Source: Trichoplax sp. H2 (Eukaryota). From it: 64,000 bases of DNA. A model generated the notes under the pieces. It searched no databases. It saw only the letters and a list, made by a program, of their open reading frames with translations, and was not told where the DNA came from. The translations under genes and the position numbers were made by a program. How positions within the stretch are numbered: the first letter of the stretch is position 1; each line of letters begins with the position of its first letter. The DNA lies in contig NOWV01000029.1 of NCBI GenBank assembly GCA_003344405.1, positions 186,001-250,000 of the forward strand, given 5' to 3'. Shown in pieces: positions 1 through 14,300 of the stretch.

Positions 1-1849
1 TATTTTTCATTTTACTCTAGTGTCAAAATGAATTTATCGATCGTTGTTAGCTTGTAAATGATTGTTGTTGATATTGGTCGATCATATAACGCCACTTCTA
101 GCGTCCTTCTCCTCGAACTTGTATTTTATTGTATGAGTAAATATGTTGGGTGTCATTTTGAGATCGGGATCTTGAAATCAATTTGTATCAAAATTTTCAG
201 GTATCTATTATAATAATTAATTTACGATGAATGAAATGCATTTGTCAAAGGTAGACATCATGTCACTAGTTTGTGTCAGTAGATGTAGTCTATAAATCGT
301 TCGGTAAAAGCGATTTATCATTAGAATTGATCATTTTTGATATTATATCATTTTTTTTTGGGGGGGGGGAAAGGATTTATCCTATAGTTGGTGTAGTACT
401 GCCTGTTTTCTTTTTGGACTAGCGATTTGGCTGTACTGCTTTACGCTTGTATGGATGAGAATATTATTTCAATGATTAATGATGAATTATAATTTGAATG
501 AAAATGGATGATAGAGTTTGTATGTTAAAATAGAAGGACATTGCTATTTATGAAGAGGCAATTTCTTTTTTTTTGAAATGGACATTGGGGCCATTTGGAC
601 TTTCAACGATGGCCAAGAAATTGCAGTTTATGCCTATTGCATTTTCCCTGACATCATCTATCCTACTGTACAGACTATCCAAATTGAAGGCAAAGCAATC
701 CGGGAAGGCGATAAAATAAAATGGATTTTCCATCAAAGATGGCCCATTTTGTAAGCGATACTCTATCCCATGGTTGGCTAGTGGAGATGATGTATCTCCT
801 TTTCAATAGGGTTGCCAATGGAAATGCCAATTCGTTGAAGGATTAAAGTAGAAGTAGTCGTCTGCGCAATCATGGACAATGACGTATTACTGTATTATTG
901 TTATCCAAATAGTAAATAGTGATTTGGAGCTGCTAGTCTAATGAAGGATTGAATATCCAATGAGCAAGCCAAGAGGAAATTATCCAGTTGCATTAGCTCA
1001 TTTTCCAGCTAGCAGTAATAGCGCTGACGCCATACTAGTTAGTTCCAATGTCCAGCCATGTTGCTCTTGTGTATTGAGCAAGAACCCTTTTTGGACGATA
1101 CGATTTGCTTTCTCTGCCTCTCCTTGCTGTATATGAACAACATTTGAATCGATGATGCCTATTCCATATCTCCATATCATAATATCATTTCAAGGTTATT
1201 ATTGAATCATTCTCATTTATAGAAATGAATAATTTCAATTNNNNNNNNNNNNNNNNNNNNCCCCAAAAAAAAAAGGATATGGCATCGTTTTATTCTCATT
1301 TTTCAATTAAAAGACGCCGCAATTGCTATCCTTGGACTAACCTTGCTCTGGCAATTGGGGCAACTTTTTCGAACCATTATCAGCGGATGATGGTGATTGA
1401 TTGTCTGTTATACAACGTCAAAGTAGAAAGAGATCATAGAGAAGGATAGTCTAGGCTTAAGATAGTCTTATCCTTCTAGAGTGTAGAAGGATAATCTAGG
1501 CTTCCATAATCATCCATCCCATGATGGGCCAAATCATTTTTGCTGTTGGCAACGAGCAACATCCAAGACTGCAGTTGTCCAGGTACTGCAGACCGACTAG
1601 GAAAGCTGTGGCTTGTGATAGGGTAGTGTATCCAATGAGTGATAGCGTAATACGATTGTGGCTGTATACCGGCGTCGACTACTGCAAGTCGTATGAGTCT
1701 GCACCGGCACAGTCATAGCGTGACGATGCTTGCGCTCATCATGTGCAAAATGAGCTGTCACTTAAACAAGGGTATTATTCCTACGAAATCCCTTATTGAA
1801 AAGAGGCTAATACTGACACTTTATTTTGCACATTGCTTTTCTTCCTGGA

Positions 1850-2755
1850 TCTCTTGCAAGCAAATTGCAATTTTTTTCTAGCATTTCTCTTCTTTTCATG
1901 GCAGAAATGCCATCTTTCAAGATCAGTCTGGACTGGATTAGGATATACTGTAGACTACTCAAAGAAGTACAAGAGTACAGTAGAAGAATACGCATAGGCT
2001 TAAGCTAATTGCAATTATTTCTCTTGTCATCCATGGACAAAAATCCTTGTCTTACTCAGGGACGATTTCCTTTCAATGGCAGCAATCCTTGTCTTACTCA
2101 AAGATGATCTCCTTTCAATGGCAGCAATCCTTGTCTTACTCAAAGATGATCTCCTTTTCATGGCAGGAATGCCATCTTTCAAGATCAGTCTGGACTGGAT
2201 TAGGATATACTGTAGACTACTCAGAGAAGTACAAGAGTACAGTAGAAGAATACGCATAGGCTTAAGCTAATTGCAATTTTTTCTCTTGTGATCCGTGCAC
2301 AAAAATCCTTGCCTTACTCAGGGACGATTTCCTTTCAATGGCAGAAATCCTTGTCTTACTCAGAGATGATCTTCTTTTCATGGCAGGAATGCCATCTTTC
2401 AAGATCAGTCTGGACTGGATTAGGATATACTGTAGACTACTCAGAGAAGTACAAGAGTACAGTGGAAGAATACGCATAGGCTTAAGCAAACTGCAATTTT
2501 TTTCCTGCATTTCTCTTGTGATCCGTGCACAAAATCCTTGTCTTACTCAGGGATGATCTCCTTTTAATGGCAGGAATCCTTGTCTTACTCAGGGATGATC
2601 TCCTTTCAATGGCAGAAATCCTTGTCTTACTCAAAGATGATCTCCTTTCAATGGCAGCAATACCATCTTTCAAGATCAGTCTGGACTGGATTAGGATATA
2701 CTGTAGACTACTCTGAGAAGTACAAGAGTACAGTAGAAGAATACGCATAGGCTTC
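1850..2755. repeat. Compound tandem repeat: 4 copies of a ~90-bp core separated by a linker with 2-3 copies of a 42-bp subunit
   Basis: Core catctttcaagatcagtctggactggattagg...gaatacgcataggctt at ~1911, 2173, 2393 and 2664. The 42-bp unit atccttgtcttactca..gatgatctcctttcaatggcag occurs at 2043, 2085, 2127 and later. The repeated short ORFs here are by-products of the repeat. Confidence 0.95.
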
Positions 2756-3399
2756 TTCTCCTAGTCTATCTATGATGAAAGACTTTAGGGCTATCGTTGC
2801 AATTTGCAAACTCGGACAACTGCTTCGGCGATTAGAATAAACGACAGTCTTAGCCATTACTCCATATAAGCTTTGTAGACATGGCAGATTTCTTGACTAC
2901 ATGATGGTCGAAAGCGTGGCCCAGCCTAAGACGACAAGCCCGAAAAAGGGCAATGAGTGGAAAGACTACTCAATAAGAAGAATAAAGTACTGCGAGCTAT
3001 CGTTGTTGTTGTTGTGCTAGGCTAAACTGCATCGTCGTTGAGTATCAGCGTGTATTTATGTTTCATGGTTTATATCATTCAAATCGATGAGAGCAATCAA
3101 TAAAACCAAAGACTATTCAATGATGAATGCATTTATAGTTCAGTGGATAAAGCCCCAACTAGTGAGAGTGATAAACTGCAGGCTAAACTTGAAGGGTAAG
3201 TAGAACCCAAGGTTGAACTCGGTTGTAAATCCCAATAGACTCCAGCTACCGATCGATGCAGTTTCTAAATGTACGTGTTGTCATCATCAAAATAGAACGA
3301 GGACTCAAAAAGATACACAACACCATGTCCACATAGCAAGTGCATTACTGCTGTCGATCGATGCCACAACAGTAACATCTAAAATTGAATACTCAGCGA

Positions 3400-4785
3400 A
3401 AATCAATCAATCCATCTTAAAATCATGGACAACCTATCGTTCAGTATGATCCACTGACGAAATGGATGTTGCTCGTTTGCACCCGATTGAGCGAAAGCAA
3501 CACCATCGAGGCTAAAATTCAATTACCAAGTCAAAATAAAATCAATCTTCCAATAGAATGAACTCAAAATGATCGTTATATTGAGTATTTCCACGTAGCA
3601 AGTAGATACTGCTACTGGTTTAGTTATCATAGCCTAAAATAGAACTCGATCACCATCAATCTTGTTGATCGAGATGGGTCGACGAGGCAATGCAATCCTC
3701 ATCATCACTGCCGTACCGATTGAGCGAGAGCAAGGCTAAAATTCAATTACAAAGTCAAAATAAAATCAATCGTCCAATAGAATGAACTCAAAATGATTGC
3801 TAGGTTGAGTATTTCCACGTAGCAAGTAGATACTGCTACTGGTTCAGTTATCATAGCCTAAAATAGAACTCGATCACCATCAATCTTGTTGATCGAGATG
3901 GGTCGACGAGGCAATGCAATCCTCATCATCATACTGCTGTACCGATTGAGCGAGAGCAACACCATCGAGGCTAAAATTCAATTACCAAGTCAAAATAAAA
4001 TCAATCGTCAAATTGAATAAACTCAAATGATTGCTATGTTGAGTATTTCCACGTAGCAAGTAGATACTGCTACTGGTTTAGTTATCATAGCCTAAAATAG
4101 AACTCGATCACCATCAATCTTGTTGATCGAGATGGGTCGAAAAGGCAATGCAATCCTCATCATCATACTGCTGTACNNNNNNNNNNNNNNNNNNNNAATC
4201 AATCAATCCATCTTAAAATCATGGACAACCCATCGTTCAGTATGATCCACTGACGAAATGGATGTTGCTCGTTTGCACCCGATTGAGCGAGAGCAACGCC
4301 ATCGAGGCTAAAATTCAATTACAAAGTCAAAATAAAATCAATCGTCCAATAGAATGAACTCAAAATGATTGCTAGGTTGAGTATTTCCACGTAGCAAGTA
4401 GATACTGCTACTGGTTCAGTTATCATAGCCTCATCGAAAAGGAATCTTGAAAATAGCAACTCGATCAACATCAATCATGTTGATCGAGATGGGTCGACGA
4501 AGCAATGCAATCCTCATCATCATACTGCTGTACCGATTGAGCGAGAGCAAGGCTAAAATTCAATTACAAAGTCAAAATAAAATCAATCGTCAAATTGAAT
4601 AAACTCAAAATGATTGCTAGGTTGAGTATTTCCACGTAGCAAGTAGATACTGCTACTGGTTCAGCTATCATAGCCTAAAATAGAATGTCCATCGAAAAGG
4701 AATCTTGAAAATCGCAACTCGATCACCATCAATCATGATGATCGAGATGGGTCGACGTGGCAATGCAATCCTCATCATCATATTA
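3400..4785. repeat. Tandem repeat of a ~225-255 bp unit (about 5 copies) spanning an assembly gap
   Basis: Unit ccgattgagcgagagcaa...gagtatttccacgtagcaagtagatactgctactgg...ctcgatcaccatcaatcttgttgatcgagatgggtcg begins at ~3483, 3716, 3942, 4279 and 4533. Sequence ~3404-3480 reappears immediately after the N gap at 4197. Confidence 0.93.
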
Positions 4786-5349
4786 CTGTAGTCAATCAAT
4801 GGATTAATGTGGCAGCCTACCACTGGCCTAGATAGCCATTGCTGCCGTCGAATTTGTAGATGGGATAGATAGAATATAGACTGCAGAAGAAGCGAGACGA
4901 TGAAGAAGAAAGGGATAGAGTACAATGGAGGCACTGTAACTAAGCAACATGGCGGCTAGAGTTTGGTCTATATGACGTAGACTATTTTAAGGAGAGGTAT
5001 AGCCAAGTGTATGCTAAATTAAGATGGAAGGCAGCCAATTCTTTTTGCCCTAATGTAAATAACTTACTACTATACTTTCTGAATTGCATCAGTGGCTAGA
5101 GTGGCAAGTAGAGACGGTAGCAATCGAGTAGTAGGCCTACTTCAATTAGTAGCGTATAGTAACAGCTGGCTACAAGCAGTCGCGCAAGTGTAATTAAGTC
5201 TATTCCGACGACGATCAAATTCTTCATCGTTTCCGGCCACGGTTAATAGGATTGTCGAGCTTTTCCCATCACTAGGATTGGGGAGAAAAGCATTGAAGGA
5301 GGTCCTATAGGGTTTTCTTTGCCCATTTTTACTACCTATAGTCGCCATC

Positions 5350-8300
5350 ATGAAGTTAATCAATCGCCAAATGTGGATAGTAATTGTTTTACTTCTTGCT
5401 TGCACAAGCAGTCGACGACATCATGTTCATGCAATGGATGGCCATGGCGATGATGATGCCAGCCAACAACATTCTAAAACGGTCGATAGGCACAATCAAG
5501 CAGCCGATGATAACCCTGCTGATGGTCAACATCCATTTCTATCGCATCCAATCGATCACAAGGCAAAATCGACAGCTGATTCGCAGGAGAACAACAACGA
5601 CGAGAAACGACTTCAACATTTACAAGGCGATAATAAGGTGGATCCACCATCCAAAAATGAGTTACCACTAGATGATAACGATATTCGAAAAGAAGTAGAA
5701 AGGAAGGAGAAGCAACCTCTAGCCGATACCAGTGTCAAACCTCATCCTCAATCCAAGGATGAGAATTCAAATGAAATGCAATCGAAAGACGAGGGATTCA
5801 AAAATGAGCAAGATAACCCTTCCAGTGATAATAAGCAGAAAACAGCCCAACAGCATGATAACCCAGTCGATCAGAAGAATGCTCATCGCCTTGATTCTAA
5901 CCATGCTAGCGATAGTGATGGCCAGCAGGATCAACAGGAAGTTCAATCTCAATCCAAGGACAATCCAAAGGAACCGCAATCGAAAGACGAAGGATTAAAA
6001 AAGGTTGACCAAGATCAACCTTCCGCTGATAATGATGAGAAGAAAACAGCCCAATATCATGATAACCCAGTCGATCAGAAGAATACTCATCGTCCTGATT
6101 CTAACCAAGAAAGCGATGATGATGGTCAGCGGGATCAACACAAACTTCACTCTCAATCTAAGGATAATCCAAATGGACAACAATCCAAAGACGAAGGATT
6201 AAAAAAGGTTGACCAAGATCAACCTTCCGCTGATAATAATGAGAAGAAAACAGCCCAACATCATGATAACCCAGTCGATCAGAAGAATACTCATCGTCCT
6301 GATTCTAACCAAGCGAGCGATGATGATGGTCAGCGGGATCAACACAAACTTCACTCTCAATCCAAGGATAATCCAAATGGACAACAATCCAAAGACGAAG
6401 GATTAAAAAAGGTTGACCAAGATAAATCTTCTGATGACGACCAAAAGGAAACAACCCAACATCATGAAAATCTAGTTGATAATAGTATTCGTCGCTTTAA
6501 TCCTACGCAAGCTAGAAGTGATGATGGCCAAGAGCAACAACCGAGGAAAGCCAACAACAAAATACCGCCTAGTGCCAAGGAATACACTAATACTGATACA
6601 AAGAGTAATCAAATGAAAAAGGACAACTCCAAATCGCCACCATCTTCTATTAACGCTTTTAAGGAAGGCCATGAGTGTGGACGTGATGCTAAACGTTTTT
6701 GCTCATCCGACGATAGGAATGCTTTGTCCTTGCTTGTATGCTTACAGACTGAACCTCGAAGGAATGTAAGTATTTTCTTAAATAAACTACTATCTTGCCA
6801 ACAGTATACTCTACAGATTGAATTAGCATCCATCAAAAAGGAAATCATTTCCGCTTTCCACTCATATCACATAAGGAATGCAGCCATCAGCCACGATCAA
6901 CATACCACTTGCACTAAGTAGATTGGGATACAATCGTATCGTTGTTGATGGCTTGATCATTTCACCTTCTTGAACTTTTTTGCTATATCACTAATGTAAA
7001 GGACGCGAACTCGTACAAGAGTTCAATCGAGCTATTCAAGGATAGGATAAATTCATTTTTTGCCATGCTCTATATTCTACCACTTCGCCACGGAAAATGG
7101 AGTATAGACTGATATAGCAATTGACAAAGAGATGACAAGAAATTGTGTTGGATAAAACCAGATTAGATGACTTTAATCGATGTCGATAGTGCGAAATATC
7201 ATAGACCTTGATCAAAATCCTATCTTTCACTAGCCAACTAACTATATTACACTAGTAGTAATGCCTGTTATTCGCAAGTAAATCACTCTGCTGTACAAGG
7301 CACATCATCTTGAAAAATTTCCATTCTATCCAAAATAGAAAGTTATGTCATAATGCTGTGTAGTACAGCACAACTATTACTGCGATATATCGATCGTTTC
7401 GACGGATACACTTTTCATTTTACGCACTTAACTTATTCCGCTACCAATGTCATTGATACAAAGATCCTCTTGAATATAAACATCATCATCGACTCTTCCT
7501 TTCCAAGTAGTAACAATTACGGTACATTATATAATCGTAAAATAATTCCATTTGTATCTTCAATTTTCATGACAGTAGTAGACAATACAATTTCTCTTCG
7601 TTGACATTTCCATCTTGTACTATTCGTGCCTTATTTTGTAAACAAGAAGATCGAATTGAAATAATTATGAATGATTACAGTCTATCGCTTGGATACTGCA
7701 AACTGTGCACTACTCCCCATCTTTTTCAATATAGTTACGGTACATTCATTATACGATCACGCAATAATTGACTAGTATCGTCAATTTTCATTTTTTTTTT
7801 ACCAACAATTTCTTTCCCTTAACCTTTTTATCATGTACTACTTAGGAGTAAATTCTATTGTACATTGAAGAATAGGATGAATGAATTTATTAATGATGAT
7901 AGTCTACTACTTGTACTTTTTTAACAATAAATTACGCAACATTATGGCTATATCATTATGGGATAGCTTCGCTAGTATAGTCAACTTTCATTTCCATTAC
8001 CAATTCCTTCTCGTTGATATTTCAATCTTGATGCCGATCGCTATCTTGTAGTGCTCATGTTTTAGTTGGAAAAGAAGAATACAAAGTGTAAACGATGATC
8101 GCTAATCACTAGGATACGATGAGAAGGAGCAATGGATCGTATACCCGAGCAATGTTCTCGCTTTTGACGTTGATGTGCACCAATTTCATCGACGCTTAAG
8201 ATATTATGTTTACTAGGATAGTAATCACGATTATACTGTAAGGAAGCCTATCCACATGAACTACTAAAAATTTCTAGTAGTCTATGCTATGCATACCTTG

Positions 8301-11300
8301 AGATCTTTAAAGTAGCTCTTACTACAATTTCTTTCCATTGAAAAGGAGCAACAGATCATAGACTCGAGCGATATTCTAACGTTTGGCTTGATGTATATCA
8401 ATATCATTGACACTGTGGATATCGCGTCTGTTAATGACTGGATTTATCGCATCGATTTTCGTCATGATCATATCGTAAATTCTAAATCATAGCATGCAAT
8501 TAAGTTGGTAGGCTAGTTTTGTAATATCCATTTCCATTTATTCAACAACATGCTAGAATAGTTAGAATTTCAACCTACGCTCTATGAAGATATCATCAGT
8601 GCACACTTTTTATAGAGTGGTTATTAACTACAATAAATTCTGTAGCCTTGGATTACTTCAATAGTTCTAATTCATAGATCCACCTATCGTATCCTTGTAA
8701 TGAGTAACGATTGAAGTAAAATGTATTACTTGCATACACAAATGATCACAGTTTTACAGATACGTCGACAATTACAGCAGTATATCAGTTTTAAATAATC
8801 GATAATTCGTTATAACATCTGTTATGTATGTATCTATGTTATTCATTCACACGATAGTTATTCCGGGAGCAGCTAGTCAAAATTAATCTTTTTATTTATC
8901 AATAACCTGTGCTTATATGCTTTCACTAATAGCACAACATGCCATCATATTACGCGAACTTCACTAGCTAAATTTAGGGCGATGATGTAGGCTATCTTAC
9001 ACAACTAGATAAAGAGTTACAAACGATTACATATTAATATTAAATCTTACATACTCATCTAATTTACTTTATAATTGTCATTACTTATTTTTACAATACC
9101 GTACATATCAGCATCCATCCTATTGTACATTGTACATAAATTATTTTGGATGGCACATCGGTATTCAACAACAACGAGTTCCTGTCTAATGAAATACTAG
9201 GAAATAGTATAATATTTTAGATTGCTCTGTGATTGATTAATACCAGGAATACATTTTACGATAGAGTATCCAACAGTTCATGATTCAACTTTGAGAAATG
9301 TTTTATCTTTTTATTCCAATAGGGTCAAAAACTTTCTTCAGCTTGCCAAAAAGTAGGTCCTTCATTCACTATTAATTTGATATAATCATTAAAAAGTATG
9401 TAATACTATTGGAATTTTTGTTCTATAGAAATTATGGCAATATAAATTGACGTTAACAGAAGATCAACGTTTCGATCATGCAGTCGCTGCAGCTTGTTCA
9501 GCTGCAATAAAAGTAAGTTAGATAAAAGTAAAGATTAATAACGTCGTATGCTAACACATTAACTGATCACTGTTCAAGCAGTTATGATACATTCTATATA
9601 GATATGGTGCAGTAAAAATATTAGCAGGCTATAAAACTATACTAAATGTGAACTATTATTAGCGTTATAACATTCTCATCTCTGTTACTGTATTTCTCTG
9701 CTAAAAATTGCCGGTTACTTCTGCTTTATACGGATCGAAAGTTTTTCACGATTATATTTATCTTGCACGACTGACGGTATCGTCATTTTTTCGGCTTACT
9801 GAAATTTCTACATTGCTAATTCTACTTTTAATATATTTAGACAACCAATTGCGATAAAGATCACAGGTCTAAGGGTAACACTATTGGGTGCCTACTCCAA
9901 AGTCGACTAAAAATCAACAATTATATGTGTATTCAGTTATTATTAAAATTACGAATGATTATCTTCACCAATTACAAATTCGTAAAGCCACTATTTAACG
10001 CATGCCGAGAGGATATGGGCACCACTGGATGTGGTAGTAACGAAGTTGTTGATAGTTTTGTAAGTCAACGTTTTTTAGTCTGTCTTTTTAAATTTCATTT
10101 GAAAATAGCACCTAATCAATATACCACATTCAACATGTTAATATTAGGGTGCAGTATCAAAAGGGGCAGTTATTAAATGTTTGCAAGATAAGAACCAACA
10201 GCTATCGAAATCTTGTCGTGAAAGTGTCTTTAATGTCTCGGAATCTCAAGCTGAAGATTTTCGCCTCGATCGTGCATTTTATTCCGCCTGCTATCAGGAT
10301 AAAAATAAGTTCTGCCGTAATGTACCTCCTGGTAAAGGTCAAGTGTACAAGTGCTTGATGCAAAATCAAAACGATCCCCTAATGTCGGAAGAGGTATTGC
10401 TCGTATATACTGACGTAATCTTGACCGATGATAATCGATTAATTGTAATATACCAACTTTCTACAACTATGCATGATCATCAATCTATGTAGATAATACC
10501 TTCAAATGTTTGAATATTAAGAATAAATATACAGTAATTACAGCTAACTATTGGATACTTTAGACGAAAAATAATTCCCATACTGTATGTCGGCTATTTA
10601 AATCAATTGCATTTTAACTACTTTTAATACAAATGTTTAATGATATCAACTACTTATAGTGTAAAGCACAATTACGACGACGTGAAAGATTGGCGGCCCT
10701 AGATTATCGAGTGAGTATGAAGTATTGACGGATACCACGTTTTAATAGTTGTAAGCTTTGCTAACAACTTAGAATCGTCTTACACTATAAAATAATGATA
10801 TTATTGTGTTAATGTAATATTTCAATTTTTTACCTAAGGTTTTATATAGCTTCGCTTCTTCATGCCGTAATGATATTACAACACACAAATGCCATGTACA
10901 TTTAACAAAGGAAGATGTAAAACCAAACAATGAAGTAACAGTAAAAAAAGTAATTGGTTTAGGAAGAGTTATCGATTGCTTAACAAATGCATCTATTAAT
11001 GGTAATATCCTAATTAAAATTATCATCAAATTTCTGATCGCAGTTTTTCAATGATAATCGCTTATTAAAAATTTCATTTTTAGGTCATCGATTAGAAGGT
11101 CAATGTAGAATTCGCGTCTTCCAAATGCGACGCTTACTTTTTTCACAATTTAGGCTATCCCTTCCTTTAGTTCAACAGTGTGGGGCAGATATAGTAGACG
11201 GATGTGACGAAAAGTCACTATCTGGTAAAGAGAATACTCTCACTTGTTTACTGAAAATAGCTCCTTTAGGAAAGTTGAGACCAGAATGTCTACGAGAGGT

Positions 11301-14300
11301 AAATACCTATGGAAGCATCGATAAAAGATGTCTGTCCTAATAATATTCTCTGAGCTATATGAGGTCAAAATGTTGGGTTATAACCTTTTGAAAATTGGTG
11401 CAACTTTAAAAATAGGTTAGCCGATTTATGAAGAAAACCAATTTGATAGGGGACTATCGCGTCAGCAATGATCTATTTGCTGCTTGTCAGCCAATAGCTG
11501 ATGTTGCATGCAAAGAAATTGTTGACTACAGAAGGTAGAGTGTACTGTACATTGAGGCGTAGACTATCGATCATCTATACTTAGTGATTGCATAGAAAAA
11601 TAAAAACGAATTCTTTTTCCATTAAAATATGTATAGGAAACTGACATGCTTGATGGAGAAGAGAAATTCCAATATTATGACAGCTGATTGTCGTGACCAT
11701 TTGCACTACATTTTATTTTTTATTTCAAGAGATATGAGGTGAAGTAACTGAAATTCTTGAATACTGTACAATCTGTATAACTTAAAGATTTATATTGTAA
11801 ATCAATTTTGTAAGTAAGTTAGTGAAGCAGAAAAATTGATATCTGTATTTCGTAGGGTTGATCGACTACTGTTTCGCGTATGTTCGGCGCCTGTACAACA
11901 ATGCGGTTATTCCCTTCGTAAAAATTCTGATAGGATATTTTCTAGCCTGACATTTAGCTGCTTGTATAAGCAAATATTACATCCGGAAAAAAGCAAAGTA
12001 AATAGTAAAATATTCAGGAAACAATTTTAACTCTCAAGTTAAACAGCAAATTACTTAGTAATATTCCATCTCATATTGCAGAATATTTCGAACGTTTGTA
12101 GTTCAATGGTTAAAAAAATTATGGTTCAGAGAGGAGATGATGTTGATTTACACCCTGAAATTCAGAATGCATGTCTTTCGGATTTAGGAAAGTTCTGTTT
12201 AAATAAAGTTAAACATGGGCAGGTATAGCGAGCAGATGTTTTTAGATATAGCTTATTGTATCCGTTAAATGTAACTTATATGCAATTAAAATGTACTTAA
12301 AAATTGATAATCTTAAAAATCTAGGAAATAAAATGTCTTCAAACTAATCTTAAAAGCCTATCTAGCCAATGTCGTCGCTCAATAGGAAATTTTACTGTTT
12401 TAGAATCTGAGGTAAAATTACCGCAAAGAAGGGTATTTCATTTTACTTTGATCTAGCAATATGGTTATTTTTTATTGTGTGATCATTCTGCTATCTTGAT
12501 ATTTTTACTTTTAATGTGACGATAAAATCAAGTTTCACATTGTAACTGCCTTTCTCATTATTGACAGGATATTAGACTCAATGAAAATTTGTATCGTACT
12601 TGCCTTCCTGCTGTCAAAAGATATTGTTCGGTTTGCTGATATATTGCAGTAATAAATAATTTCCTCTGTTCTAGTACTAATTTTAACATTTCGAAACGTT
12701 TTAAATAATCTCGGTATTAAAAATAAATTTTATACCTTGCTTTACTAAAAATTATTCACATGATTATCGTAATCCGGTAAAATATCTTATACCATATCTA
12801 AATCGTTAACTTTTATATGTTGTAGGATGTAAAGAGGGCGCCTGGTAACATACTACGTTGCCTTATTAATAATAAGAATCAAGTCAATATGGAGAAGGAA
12901 TGTAGGGTTGAAATTGAAGATTTTCAACAAGTATATGCTGAAAAAGTGACTTATATTATTATACAAATTTGAATAGCTTATCCTAAAGACCTTTAATCAA
13001 CGTTAACAGGTTCGATTAAAGGATTTTAGATTTTCTGTGAGATTAAAAAGTTATTGCAAAACTGAAATCGAAGAGAATTGTCAAGGCATGAAATCAAGGT
13101 TATTAGCACATATTAGTAATTTTGTGAGCTACTTTAATTCATGAAGCTTTCAATGTCTATAAATAGGAGTGATATATTAACATGCTTGGGGAAGCTATAT
13201 TCAAAAGGTAAAAGGAATAGCAAGAAACTGTCTAAAAAGTGCCGAGGACATTTGCATTCTGAATATTTCCAGCGGGTACTTGATTAATAGATTTGTTATT
13301 ACAATTATCATCTTTAGTGTAAACTTTACGGCGAATAGTGAAACTATTTGCAATTCTAATCTTCATTGCTTTAAAGTCAGAAGATATCCGTTTAGATCCA
13401 GAGTTGTATCGCAGCTGCGAGAACGATATCACACGATTCTGTGCTTCTGTGCAATACGGCGGTGCCGAAGTACGTATTAATTATTAAATTTATTATTAAT
13501 CCGTACTTTTATTATAAAATATGCTATTTATGTGAATACACGTACAGGTGGAGCAGAGCATACTCAAATATTCAATTTTATGCTATACCACTTAAATATT
13601 ATCAGGTTTTCGAATGCTTAAGACAAAATGACTTACATCTTTCAACCAGCTGTAAGAACCTATTGCGTAAACGTGAGGTATATGTTCTGTACAAGACAAA
13701 ATATAGACCTGAATAGGAATCTGGATAAAGTACATAATGTGGTAATATTATAGTTGTTGTCACTTGTCGGTGACATCTAGTACTGTACAGCCGTTGGGAT
13801 CTCGAAAGCTCCGTTTAGAGTCGCAAACGTGCTACCCACCGGCTACTTTACAGTACAGTTTACACAGCAAAGTGCTCGTTGGTAGTCCTGGTGAATCTAG
13901 ATTTTGTACATTTTTGTAGAATTCTATATGGTGTGCTTGTGTAAGATTTAATAATTTGATGTAGTGAATTTGCAATGCAATAAACAATTTTATGTTCAAA
14001 TTGCATTACTTTCAGGTGTTAGAAATCAAACAGCCAAAGATTGATTACTTCCTAATAACGAATTGTAAGCTAGTTATCATGGTAAGATCAACTAATTTAC
14101 CTCAATGTACTTGTTGTTTTTGAGCTAGAGCTAATTTATATGATTAAATCAAAAGAAATTCTGTAAAGGAGTTCAAAGCGGTCCATCCATGTTGCAATGT
14201 TTGATTCAGAATAAAGACAATTCCGTAGTAAATGACAGGTAAACTATGACAAGATTCATAATTTATAAACTAAATCATTATACTAATCATTTTCGGACAT

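Noticed and set aside
548..1760. Short ORFs near the window start
   Set aside because: No recognisable homology or consistent exon chain, and the region is interrupted by an N gap.
1807..2748. Cluster of similar short ORFs; possible CRISPR-like array
   Set aside because: The ORFs are by-products of the tandem repeat. The intervening sequences are themselves repeats, the context is eukaryotic and there are no cas genes.
6766..6921. C-terminal 51 aa of the 523-aa ORF
   Set aside because: Read-through into intron 1. There is a strong donor aat|gtaagt at 6766, and GLG1 similarity resumes at 9323.
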